NCBI GenBank assembly: GCA_964016885.1
Contig: OZ024743.1
Location: 219,294,001 to 219,358,000 of the forward strand
Reading direction: 5' to 3'
Origin: Eledone cirrhosa
Lineage: Eukaryota
DNA length: 64,000 nt
Under the pieces are notes generated by a model. The model was not told the origin of the DNA and ran no database searches. It saw nothing but the letters and a program-made list of their open reading frames with translations. The position numbers and the translations under genes are program-made. Positions 50,830 through 62,211 of the stretch are shown piece after piece. Position 1 is the stretch's first letter, and each line of letters starts with the position of its first letter.

Positions 50830-52300
50830 CCAGTCTGAGCAGTATGTTTCAACTGCTCCCAGCAGAGAAAATGGCGAAGGCATTGCCGCAAAAAATAGTC
50901 AGTGACACCACTGCAACAGCTACCCGACCTCACAGGGTTCCTTCTTCAGGTGGACTGCAGTCCTCTCGAGGAGGAAAACAGCTCTTCAGGGACCGAGGAC
51001 TCTTGAGGTTTCAACAGTGGCCTGCGTGAAAAGGGAGCAGTCTGTCAAGCCCAGGTATTTTGTATTTACTTTACATTATGGGAGGCGGTGCCCGAGTTGC
51101 GATAAGGCTGGAGGTGGAAATGAGTCGCAACATGTGGCGTCCCAAATTAAAGACTTACCTCCCTCGTACAGGAAGAGAGTTATCCTGTCTGGACGCTTGC
51201 TGTCATCAAAGTGATGGCCAGCTGGCTCCAGTTGTGATGGGAAACAGCCACATTGAGGCTCATTCTGATTATATTTTTCAGAGCAGCATGTCGAAGGAAC
51301 AGACCTGTGCTAACGCGACAGGATAGCTGGTGCTACTGAACTCAACAACGACTCTACAACAGCATTTGTGTGGATTATACACACAGTGACCAAGGCACTT
51401 GGTCACTCTGATGCGAGTGTATTCATCAAGAAGGCTACCAGTTGAAGAGAGCACTGAATTGAACCATGTATAGCTGTTTTGCTGAATGGAGGCAGGCAAG
51501 ACAGTGTTGGTTCAAGGAAGACGCGACCTACCTGAAGGTTTATCTGCACTTGATATCGTCTCAGTTGCATAAGAGTTAATTACAATTCCCTGTCCTCGTT
51601 TGACTCTGCTGTCTTGTATGGGGACTTTACTGATGAGGGTGTGGCCGGAAGAGATTGAAGATAGGTATGACAGCAGTGCTAGGTCAGAAGTAGCTCGGAG
51701 GCCACTGAATTTCACGGGGAGTCTCGACTGTCAAAACCAACATTGCAGATTAGTTCAGCATAGCGTTGGATGGTGGCATTGAGTTCGACGAGGCGATTTG
51801 TATGGTGGTGACATGGAGCACTGTGCAGCACAAAGAAAAGTTTGGGGAGGGTGAAACAGTTCTTCAGAAAGAAGAGCGTTGTATGTGTGTCAATGATGTA
51901 CAATCTCTCCATCATGTTTATCAGCTCAACATGTTTGGTCTCAAGGTACTCTTGTATGGATTTCAAGGGGATTGGCGACCTGAAAATGTAGGTATCACAA
52001 CAGGCTAAATGCGCCTTGAAATTCAGTTTCACCATAACATATATTTATGACCTTGGACTTGGACGAGTTGAACTCAAGTCCGAGGAACGATAGGGCTGAG
52101 ATGATTTTCTCAAGGTCATCAACAACTGACTCAACCGAATCGTCCAGGTACCAGATATTGAAGGTGAATAGACTGAGTGGGCAATGCCATCGATAGCCAA
52201 CGGAAAGAGGAGAAGATGGGTGGGCCACCTTGCTGGAAACTTGTGGTGGAAGTGACCTTGTTGCCAGCAGCAACTGGTGTTAGGTGACTTAGAAGAGAGA
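50830..52300 (-). mobile_element. Decayed CRE-clade element (RT through endonuclease)
   Basis: Fragments QQG..P, NIWYLDD, LKNCFTLPKL and a degenerate C-terminus similar to 47085-47780. Confidence 0.75.
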
Positions 52301-53389
52301 TACTATGTTTATTATTCGAAAGGAGTGAAGTGACATTCATAGGGCGCTCATGTCCTTATTAAATAAGTAGCTGTATAATGGCGGTGCCCCAGCATGGCCT
52401 CAGGCTGTCGGCTGGCATACGTATAAAGTATTTAAACTTGCATCCCACAAGAATGACAATTAATGTATCTAATTCTAGAATTTAAATATTTACTTTCTGA
52501 GGCTTGTTCATTAAAAAAATTATGTCGGCAATCAGCATTTATTTTAAAATAAAATATTGTATGCTATGGTATGGTCCTGTAACCCCTGATGAAGTTGTAA
52601 AGGCGCCCTATTGACATATGGTGATTTTTAGGGCATTTTAAGCCTGACAGAACCCATCCCCCTCCAGGCCTGAATAAGAATATTTCTTCCGAAGAAGGAG
52701 AGAAAATGAGAAAGAATTATAGAGGAAGAATTGGTTCTAGTATTAGACTGGTACTTTTTGTTATTGATCTCAAAAGGATGAAAGGTAAAGTTGACCTTGG
52801 TGGGATTTGAATTCAAATAAAAGAGAGCCGGAATGAATACTATAAAGCACTGTATCTGATGTTCTAACAACTCTGCCAATTTACTGCCTTGTTATATGCT
52901 ATATAAAGTGACAAAACAGTGTAAATGTCCAATGCGAACACTGACACTATGTCCCTTACATCCATAGGAAATCAATCTGTTGTCAGGGGTGGAGGTGTTT
53001 ATTATTATTTTTTTTCTTATTTATATCAGGACACAGATGTAAAGACAAGGTATTTTCCCAAATTATTGGCTTTATGCTTAAAGTAGAAATAATCATTACA
53101 ATTGCAATTACGTGAGACCCTCATATCATTTAGGTGAATGTTACTTAATTTATCAGTGTTTGAAGAGACTATTGCCTGTACAAAATTTTGTGAGGTGGAG
53201 TAGAAAAATTTAACCATGTTTCTGCTAAAATAACATGTATTATGTGTGGTGTTCAGGAAAGTGTTTATCTAGGAGACTAAAGAATGAGTTTGGTATTGGA
53301 GAAGAAACTTGTAGTCATACCAAACAAATTGATCTCTTTCACTTTCCTTTTTCTTTTGTGGTTGACAGAATAGTTTGTATGTATAGGTC

Positions 53390-55137
53390 TCTGGGGTAGC
53401 GATGGGAACCAGAATGGGTCCAAACTATGCCAACTTGTTTGTTGGCTACGTCGAAGCCCAGATCTTTTCCTAGTACGCTGGACCGACTCCTGAGCTATAC
53501 GGTCGTTATATCGACGACTGTATCGGCGCCACCTTTCTATCACGAGACAGCTCGACTGCTTTCTTTCTTTTGTCCTATCTTTCCATCCTGCTCTCAATTT
53601 CACCGCCTCCGTCACCGTTTCTTCTGTTGCTTTTCTAGATATCTTCTATCTATTAATCACTCTCACCACATTCTCTCTACTTCCATCTTCATTTAACCAA
53701 CAGGCTCCCAATCTTACCCCGACTTCATCTCCTCCCATCCAACCCACACCAAACACTCCATACCCTATTCCCAATCCCTCCATTTTCGTCGGCTCTGTAG
53801 CTAGGATGACAATTTCGAAACCCATTCCCTTCACATGCCTTCCTGTTTCATCCAAGCTGCTCTCACTTGCGCCCGTGAAACAGACCGCACCACAGCCCTC
53901 TCACCTCACTCCGCCCTCCCAACACCTGCGTTCCTTTCCTTCTCACCTCCCACCCCATCACCCTACCACTCCGGTGACATATCCTCCGTTCCTTCCGCAT
54001 CCTCTCTTCTGACCCCGTCACTTCTCGCTTCTTTCCAAACTCACCCATTACTGATTTTAAGCGTGCCCGCAACCTCCGCGACCTCCTGGTTCGCAGTTGC
54101 TTCTCGTCCTCTCCCACGACTCCACTCGGCTCTCCTCTTTGTTCCTGTTCCCGCTGCAACACTTGTCCCTTCATTTCCACTCTCACCACTCTTACAGGCC
54201 CTAACGGGTCTTTCTGTATCAACCACTCGTTCACCTGTACCCACGTTGTCTATGCTCTCCAATGTTCCCTTTGTGGGTCTTTATATATTGGATAAACGGG
54301 ACGCCGTATAGCAGACCGTTTTGCCGAGCATTTGAGGGACATACGACTCGGTTTGGATACTCCTGTCGCCCGTCATTTCTGTTCTCCTGGTCATTCTTCC
54401 CTACATGTTTCAGTCCTGGGTGTCCTTTTACATCATGGATCACAGGCCTCGCGCACCAGGACTGAACAAAGTCTGATTCACTGCCTTGGGTCTAATTCCC
54501 CTCTTGGACTCAACTCACCTCCCCAATTTCTCTAATACCCCGTCCATTATCACACCCCTAGATTCCTATCGCTGTATCTTGATTATTAACATCTTCTCTT
54601 ACAACTAATACAGGCCGACTATATATGCTCATTCCCCTTTTCCCTTCACTGCTCTATATATATACATACACATCCTTATATTAACATACTTTTGCTCATA
54701 GCTTCGCACTTACATGCACACACACTCTTTTACTCACATATACACACACATTTCTGCTTAGCTTGGTATACACACACACACACATGCTTACACACGTGCA
54801 CAAGTATAGCTATTTTTACAAAACGTTTTTTTTTCCATTTCAGGTAGACGCGCTCCATCATCTACTTTTCTAAAAAACAAATCATACACAAAACGCCAGC
54901 ACCAACAGTTTTGCAAGAGATGTCAACATGAATGGACCTGTTAATTTTTATCTAAATACATTTTTTCCAATTCCAACCCACCCGTCCCCTCAATCTATCT
55001 TATTTCTCATTCTTTCTTCTGATGAAGGACTAGCGTCCGAAACGTTAAGACCCTCTTCTTGCTATATCAAGCGTTAACCTAATATATCCCTTCCATATAC
55101 TGTACCGATTGTGTTGTTATTTCTGTTTCCCTTTTAC

Positions 55138-55140
<3 letters not shown>
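53390..55140 (+). mobile_element. Penelope-like element (decayed RT and GIY-YIG endonuclease) with 3' pseudo-LTR
   Basis: GVAMGTRMGPNYANLFVGYVE and YGRYIDD (RT); C..C..LYIG.TGR....RF.EH, PVARHF and LGLN* (GIY-YIG). A pLTR with a hammerhead follows. Confidence 0.9.
55015..55050 (+). ncRNA. Minimal type I hammerhead ribozyme in the Penelope pLTR
   Basis: tctt-CTGATGA-a-ggac-tagc-gtcc-GAAA-cg-TT-aaga: intact core, stem II ggac/gtcc, stem I tctt/aaga, palindromic stem III. Confidence 0.8.
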
Positions 55141-55171
<31 letters not shown>

Positions 55172-55183
55172 GGGTATATATAT

Positions 55184-56390
55184 ATCATCATCATCATCAT
55201 CATCATCAACGTTTAACGTCCGTGTTCCACGCTTGCATGGGTTTGGACGGGGGTAGTCCCACTTGAGGCAAGAGTGATTGTCTTGCTCGCATAGGACTGT
55301 CTGGCAGGTTTTCTACAGTTGGATGCCCTTCCTAACACCAACCACATTTACAGTGTGGGTCTGGGAGGTTTTTACCGTGTTGCCTACACGGCCACATTAC
55401 AGCGTGGACTGTGTGTTTTTTTTGTCGTGACACCTACACGATCTCATTTGTTTCGGCCTGGATGGCGCGGCACCAACATAACTTTACATAGAACGGGGTG
55501 GTGTGGATGGGGTGGGGGTGGTGGTGGTGGGACGGGGTGTATTTTGTTAGAGATGCCTACTGGCTGGAGTAGGTTTTACTATATATTTAGGTAAGGCGGG
55601 TCTTCTCTGTTACTGAGTACCGCCAAAGGTCTCGGTCCAGTGACATTGTCTTGGAGAGGTGTAAGTGTGTGATGTCGGAGTTTATCAGCTCGTCCCAGGT
55701 TTTTCTAGGTCTGCCTATTCCGTGACTACCGTCTATCTTTATTGCCCTGCACTTTGTTATACAGCTATCGACTTTCATGCGCATCACGTGTCCATACCAA
55801 CGTAGCCTTCTCTCGAGTAAACAACATCTGATCCCTCTTATCTCTAATTTTTTCCTTAGTTCGTTTATGCTTTGCCGTTCACGTATATTACTGTTACACA
55901 TCCAGCGGAACATGCAAGCTTCGTTCCTCTCTAGTCTGCGTATATCCTCTGCACACAATGCCCAGGTCTCACTGCCATGCAGCATTGCTGTTCGTATGCA
56001 GGCATCGTACAACCTGCCTTTCATTTTTAGGGAGAACCCTTTAGCAGCTAATAGTGGTATAAGCTCTCTGAACTTTTTCCAACCAGTTCTGACTCTAGCT
56101 ACTGTACTTTCAGAGCACCCTCCCCCACTGCTGATTTTATCACCCAGGTAACGGAAACTGTCCACTATTTCTATAGAACCCTCTGCGCAATTGAAAGAGC
56201 TAGTATTTTGTGGGCACTTGCTGCTACTTATTGCACCAGAGCACCGGCCACATGTAAAATCTATGTTCTTAGTTAGCTTACCTGTGATCCCACTACATCT
56301 TTTATGCACCCATACTTTGCATTTAGGACATAAAATGGAGTTTCTATCTACGCCTTTCCTACACACCGAGCACGACCATTTCCCAGAAGG
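55184..56390 (-). mobile_element. 5'-truncated RTE subfamily A copy (left arm of back-to-back pair)
   Basis: (CAT)n tail at 55184. Nearly identical to 13227-14371. Confidence 0.93.
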
Positions 56391-56913
56391 CAGACCTAGA
56401 AAAACCTGGGACGAGCTGATAAACTCCGACCTCACACACTTACACCTCTCCAAGACAATGTCACTGGACCGAGACCTTTGGCGGTACTCAGTAACAGAGA
56501 AGACCTGCCTTACTTAAATACATAGTAAAACCTATTACAGCCAGTAGGCATCTAACAAAATACCCCCCCCCCCCCCCCCCCCCCCCCCTCAACCCATCCA
56601 CGCCACCCCGTTCTATGTAAAGTTGTGTTGGTGCCACACCATCCAGGCCGAAACAAATGAGATCGTGTAGGTGTCACGACAAAAAAACACACAGTCCACG
56701 CTGTAATGTGGGCGTGTAGGCAACATGGTAAAAACCTCCCAGCCCCACACTGTAAATGTGGTTGGTGTTAGGAAGGGCATCCAACTGTAGAAAACCTGCC
56801 AGACAGTCCTATGCGAGCAAGACAATCACTCTTGCCTCAAGTGGGACTACCCCCGTCCAAACCCATGCAAGCGTGGAACACGGACGTTAAACGGTGATGA
56901 TGATGATGATGAT
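56388..56913 (+). mobile_element. 5'-truncated RTE subfamily A copy (right arm of back-to-back pair)
   Basis: Reads GRPRKTWDELINSD..., then the 3' UTR and (GAT)n tail on the plus strand. Joined to the left arm at AGG. Confidence 0.93.
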
Positions 56914-56934
56914 ATATATATATATATATATACA

Positions 56935-57001
<67 letters not shown>

Positions 57002-57034
57002 GTGTGTATATATATGGGTATGTATATATATAAA

Positions 57035-57290
57035 AGTGACACAGAGGAGACTGAGGTTAGCTGGACATGCTCACCGACATCCAGAGTTGACACTGCACTC
57101 AGTGCTCCTGTGGGAGCCCCATACATAGACACACTGGAAGAGGAAGACCAAGGTATGTTGATGCCCTAAGGACAAACACTGGTCTGTTGGAGACACAGGA
57201 CATGGCAGCGATAATGAGGGACAGAGACCTCTGGAGAGAACTCGTCCATGGATCTCGGGAATTTTACCCGCCCTAGAATAGAATAGAATA
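57035..57290 (+). mobile_element. RTE/RTEX-like LINE 3' fragment with (TAGAA)n tail
   Basis: Remnant RLAGHAHR and GRGRPR motifs and MRDRDLWRELV, then tagaa repeats. Confidence 0.6.
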
Positions 57291-57384
57291 TATATATTTT
57301 TTTTAAAATCCCAACTAACAGATTAATTCTATTTAGTCAAATATGGCGTAAGCACATCTTACTACCTAATATATATATATATAT

Positions 57385-57937
57385 ATCATCATCGTTTAAC
57401 GTCCATATTTCACGCTTGCATGGGTTTGGACGGGAGTTTTCCCACTTGAGGCAAGAGTGGTTGTCTTGCTCGCATAGGACTGTCTGGCGGGTTTTCTACG
57501 GCTGGATGCCCTTCCTAACACCAACCACATTTACAGTGTGGAACTGGGAGGTTTTTACCGTGTTACCTACACGGCCACATTACAGCGTGGACTGTGTGTT
57601 TTTTTTGTCGTGACACCTACACGACCTCATTTGTTTCGGGCTGGATGTTGTGGTACCAACATAACTTTACATTGAAAGGGGTGGTGTGGATGGGGTGGGG
57701 GTAGTGGGACGGGGTGTATTTTGTTAGAGGTGCCTACTGACTGTAGTAGGTTTCACTTTGTACTTAGGTAAGGCGGGTCTTCTCTATTACTGTGTAGCGC
57801 CAAAGATCTCGGTCCAGTGACATTGTCTTGGAGAGGTGTAAGTGTGTGAGGTCGGAATTTATTAAGTCATCCCAGGTTTTTCTGGGTCTGCCTACTCCGT
57901 GGCTACCGTCTATTTTTATTGCCTTGCACTTTTTTTA
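57385..57937 (-). mobile_element. 5'-truncated RTE subfamily A copy in (TA)n
   Basis: Same 3' UTR and CAT tail; (TA)n on both sides. Confidence 0.9.
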
Positions 57938-57954
57938 TATATATATATATATAG

Positions 57955-59400
57955 TTCAAAAATAGACAAGACAATCACAGAGATCTAAAGATAGAGTCTT
58001 ATTAGTTTCACGCTTAGGAAGAAGTGTAAACGAGGGTTTCGACGTGCTGGACATAAGTCCTTCTTCATGAAATGGAGAGTTTGGAGAGAGAGAAACGATT
58101 GAAACAACGGTGTTTGAAAAAAAGTTTTAAGAAGGCTGGGAAGGGTAGGTAAGTCATCAGGCGTGCAGCAGTGGGGTCTGAGGTGGAGAGTCCAGATGTG
58201 TTATGTGTGCTCTTATGTATGAGCAGATGGGGTGTGTGTGTGGTTTGTGTGTTATTGATGGAAGTGCTTGTGTGAGCGTGTATGTTTATGGGTGAACTTT
58301 TTACGTAATTTATTTTTGTGCGTGTATGTTTTTGTATGAGTGTGTGTGTGTGTGTGTGTATGTTTATGTATGTGTATGTATGTGTATATTCACGTGTATC
58401 TGTGAACTTTTTGTATTGTTTGTGTGTGCGCGAGTGTACACGTCTGTGTGTGTATATATACACGTGTGTAAATTATTGTTTTTTGTGTGCATGTGTGTAT
58501 GTTTATGTGTGTGTCTGTGAATTTTTTGTATTGTTCGTGGGTGTGTGTATGTACACATGTATGTCTGTGAATTGTTTTGTGTTTTTTATGTGAGCACGTG
58601 TCTACACATACGTATGTGCGTGTATGTTTATGTGTAAATTTTAAAAATGTAATTTTTGTGTGTGCACGTGCGTGTGTCTGTATGTTTCTGTATGAGTGTA
58701 TGTGTATGTGTATGTACATGTGTGTGTCTGAATTTTTTGTATTGTTTGTGTGTGCGTGAGTGAGTACGTTTGTGTGTGCACGTGTGTGGCTGTGAATTCT
58801 TTTGTGGTTTTTCATGTGTGCATATGTGTACACTGTACACATAGGCGTGTGCGTATTTTTATATGTAAATTGTTTAATGTACGTAGTTCGCGCGCGTGTG
58901 TGTGTGCACGTTTTTTGTGTGTATGTATGGAAATATACACGTTTGTGTCTGTGGACTGTTTATGCACAACTATATGTATTCGTACACACACACACGCACG
59001 CATACACACACACATCTACACATACACACACATATATATATTAAGTATTTCTGTAGAAAAGGTAAAGGAAAGAAGAGTGCTCTATGTATAGTACAGAGCT
59101 ATCTAATTATGTAATAAACAACACAATATAATTATTCCATTACCAAAGGTTTCACGAAGTCAGACGATTCTAATAGAAACATCTGTTTCATGAAACCTTG
59201 GGTAATGGAATAATTATACTGTGTTGTTCATATATAATTAAATATATATATGTATGCAAAAAGTAAATGGAAACAACAAAGCAAACAATGAAGAAATATA
59301 TTAGTTTAACGCTTGATATAGTAAGAAACATTTCGGATACTAATCCTTCATCAGAAGATAGAATGAGAAATAAAAAGTGAAATAGAAAAATAGAGAGTGA
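57955..59400 (-). mobile_element. Two Penelope pLTR relics (degenerate hammerheads at ~58035-58075 and ~59325-59358) flanking a TG-rich low-complexity tract
   Basis: The reverse complement of 59300-59375 matches 55000-55085 (tatttctcattct..ctgatgaagga..tccgaaa..tatatcaagcgttaa). The reverse complement near 58050 reads tgaagaaggac-ttat-gtcc...aagcgtgaaactaata. Confidence 0.6.
59117..59228. repeat. Near-perfect ~40-bp inverted repeat (hairpin or small MITE)
   Basis: aacaacacaatataattattccattaccaaaggtttcacgaa pairs with ttcatgaaaccttgggtaatggaataattatactgtgttgtt. Confidence 0.85.
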
Positions 59401-59614
59401 GAAGAGGAAAGAACGGAAACATTTTATTTTTTAGAAAAATCACGTGGGGCTACTAGATAGTCTCCAAGTTTAATTTCTTATGTTAGAGAATTAGCAATTT
59501 ATCTTAAACTTATTTCCAGTGACAGAATACCAGCCATCTACCACTCTTTGATAGAAGAACATTTCCCTAATATTTATTTTTTGTATCGTAGAATATTCAC
59601 TTTTTGTACAGGAT

Positions 59615-60070
59615 TTAAAAATTCGTAAATAGGGATGTGGTCCAGGGGCCAAGAATGCCGGAAATCTCCACCGCTACAGGATCTACCACAAACCTCTCAG
59701 CGAGCGGCCAATACTTGGACAGTTTGTTCTCTTTGGTCTGGCGGGCAGCCGAGCCTGGGCTGGTAGCCAAACATACCAGGTTGCCATTAGAAAAGGTGTC
59801 ATAGTATGAAAATCCCAGAAAAGAGGGCCTACCTCCCCACCCCACGGAACAGGAAGATTATCATGCCATCTGGCCTTTTAAGAAGTCACATCCTGTGGCG
59901 TTTGAGACGTTTGGGGGATTTGGACCACTAACTGCGAAGTTATTGTCATCGCTGGCGGCTCGCCTAACCAAGTAACTGGTAATGCTTGTGAAGGCGCTTG
60001 GTTGTTCCAGTGCATCAGCCTCACCATCACCCAAGGTAATGCTGTGTGTATGCTGGCTTGCTTAAAAAAT
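59615..60070. mobile_element. Two opposed CRE-like endonuclease fragments (minus 59615-59880, plus 59885-60070)
   Basis: Minus strand: KRPDGMIIF...PGSAAR...PVAVEISGILGP. Plus strand: PVAFETFGGFGP...WLFQCISLTITQGNA. Confidence 0.7.
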
Positions 60071-60462
60071 TATTAGAGAAGTTTTCCAGTCCTCCACGCG
60101 ATTTCGTTATTTTTTGTTTTAGCAGCTGTTCGTCTGCCCACCCTTCTCGCTTGCCTTTTGTTGTTTGTGGTCCTAGATGTGTGTATTATCTGCTTGTGTG
60201 TTTTAAAAACATATTTGTAATGTTATTTATACAACTGTGAACAAAATATATTATACACATTTCAGTAGTTAGAAAACAAAAGTAGTAACAAGTGTAATGG
60301 TGATATATATTGTGCAATGTTTCCTGCTTTAAGATACTTCAAATTAATACGGTAACTGGATGTTAACTCACCAAAGATTTTATACCATGCTATATACTAA
60401 GTTATGCTTTATGCTGTATACTATACTATGTACTATACTATATACTATATTATATATTGTAC

Positions 60463-60915
60463 TGTAGCAAGAGTTGCCTCCCTTGTCATGACAATCTCAT
60501 CACCGCTCTCTAGACAGGAAGTAGCTGGAGTTGCTTCCCTTTGGGGTTGACAGACTCCCTGTTGGTCACTTCCGGTCAGACCCTATAAAAGGAACAGATC
60601 AGGACAATCTTTCTCTCTCGCCTCCTGAATTCCAAAGTGGATTACACCTGTGACCTTAGCATGAGATGATTCCTTTCTCATAATCCTTCGCCACCAAGAA
60701 GAATGCAACCGGCAGCCTAAGAAGATGTTAACATCCCCTAGAGAAGATCTCTGTTCTTCTCTACACACTTCAGCCTAGGAGTTGTGATCCACGGGTAATG
60801 ATTCATTTATATTAATCCCTTTGACTTCTATGAAGTAAAAACATTATCACAACACACACCGGCATCTATTGTCTTTTGTAATCATTTTATATGTACACCG
60901 ATACTAATCTCCTAA
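60463..60915 (+). repeat. 5' LTR of the Gypsy element
   Basis: Starts TGTAG, has a TATA-like tataaaa at ~60584, and ends ...CTAA just before the PBS. The left boundary is inferred because the 3' LTR is outside the window. Confidence 0.7.
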
Positions 60916-60917
60916 AG

Positions 60918-60936
60918 TGGTGACCTCCGACGTGAT
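60918..60936 (+). promoter_or_regulatory. Primer-binding site complementary to tRNA-Trp
   Basis: TGGTGACCTCCGACGTGAT versus the complement of the tRNA-Trp 3' end TGGTGACCCCGACGTGAT (one extra base). Confidence 0.85.
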
Positions 60937-61387
60937 TTTAAAAAAACATGGGAAATAGTATACGGTGTATATATAAAAAAAAAAAACAGAAGAAAAAGAA
61001 AAAAAAAACAAGTTAATACAAAACGAACACCTACAGTTATTGACACACAAACAAACAGCAATTGTATGAATATTTTTGCCTTTTTTTTCTCTCCTTTTCT
61101 GCCCTTCTCTTCTCTGGCTAAAAAATTTGAGGATGACAAGATGGAGTCTCTCTTCTCCATCATTAGTGTTTTTGGCGCGAAATAGTCCGCCATGTTGGAT
61201 TTTTTTTTTTTATTTCCTTGCCCTTACCTTAGTAATAACAGCATTCACTTAATCGCTTCTTTGCATATTGTCCCGGATGCATTATTTTTCCGGTCCAGTG
61301 GTTTGACGGAAAAATAAGCGATTTTGTTTTCCTTTTCTGTTGCGTTAGAGACATTTTTCCAAACGGTAAATTGCCTACGGTATACCA

Positions 61388-62182
61388 ATGGCTACTCACT
61401 CTGTTCTGCCAACGTACACGGGCGACGTAAGGCTATGGTTTGCCCAGCTAGAAGCATTTTTCAAGGCGAACAGAGTTGACGAGGAACTACAACGTCCTGT
61501 GGTCCTTAGCGCAATTCCGCCGGCAATTCTCCCAGCGATTAAGGACCTGGTGTTAGAGACACCCACAGACTCGTCGTACACGTCTCTAAAGGCTGAAATA
61601 CTCAGCCGGACAGAAAAGTCTTCAGAAAAAAGATTTAGGGCTTTGGTCCATCTGGAGCATATAGGGGATGGCACCCCATCGAACCTCCTAAGGCGAATGA
61701 AGGACCTAACGGAGGGGTCGGTAGCGGAAACTGCCCTGCTGAAGCAGTTGTTCTTCTCGCGCCCGCCGACCAACGTACAGGCAATTCTGGCCCCCATGAG
61801 GGATACAAGCACGGTGGATCAGCTTGCCGCCTCTGCGGACAAGGTTTTCGAGGTGACGAATGCCGGAGGCAGCAACCCCCTTGCCGCTGTTCACCACCCA
61901 GCTCGTGCCACACACGGCCATGCAATCTACGCAGCAGCGCCAATAGACAGCTCAACCATTATGGCGATGCAAAGGTCCATTCAGGAACTCACCATAGAGC
62001 TCCACAAGATGAAGGCCTTGTGTGGTGCCCGTTCCCGCCCCCGCAGTCGCGGGAGATTGCAAAGTTTTAGACGTCGTTCTAAATCACCAGCTTCATCTTT
62101 ATGCTGGTACCACGAGCGATTTGCTGAGAACGGGAATCACTGCGTGCAACCTTGCTCCTTTCATAAGGCGGGAAACGCCTAG
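61388..62182 (+). CDS. gag: Gag (264 aa), CsRn1-type
   Basis: LWFAQLEAFF N-terminus, GD.TPS.LLRRM, and the C-terminal CWYH..F......C..PC (CHCC) knuckle. Confidence 0.9.
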   Translation: MATHSVLPTYTGDVRLWFAQLEAFFKANRVDEELQRPVVLSAIPPAILPAIKDLVLETPTDSSYTSLKAEILSRTEKSSEKRFRALVHLEHIGDGTPSNLLRRMKDLTEGSVAETALLKQLFFSRPPTNVQAILAPMRDTSTVDQLAASADKVFEVTNAGGSNPLAAVHHPARATHGHAIYAAAPIDSSTIMAMQRSIQELTIELHKMKALCGARSRPRSRGRLQSFRRRSKSPASSLCWYHERFAENGNHCVQPCSFHKAGNA

Positions 62183-62211
62183 GAGGTCCGCTGATGGGGA
62201 CAGCTGACCTC
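62170..62211 (+). promoter_or_regulatory. Programmed -1 frameshift signal (slippery G GGA AAC plus 3' hairpin)
   Basis: Heptamer at 62170-62176, 6-nt spacer, then stem gaggtc.gctg / cagc.gacctc. The -1 frame is open into FFIKD. Confidence 0.75.

Noticed and set aside
58065-59114. His/Thr- or Cys/Val-rich ORFs (also 16940-17780, 20597-20857, 23256-23690)
   Set aside because: Translations of CA/TG low-complexity DNA.
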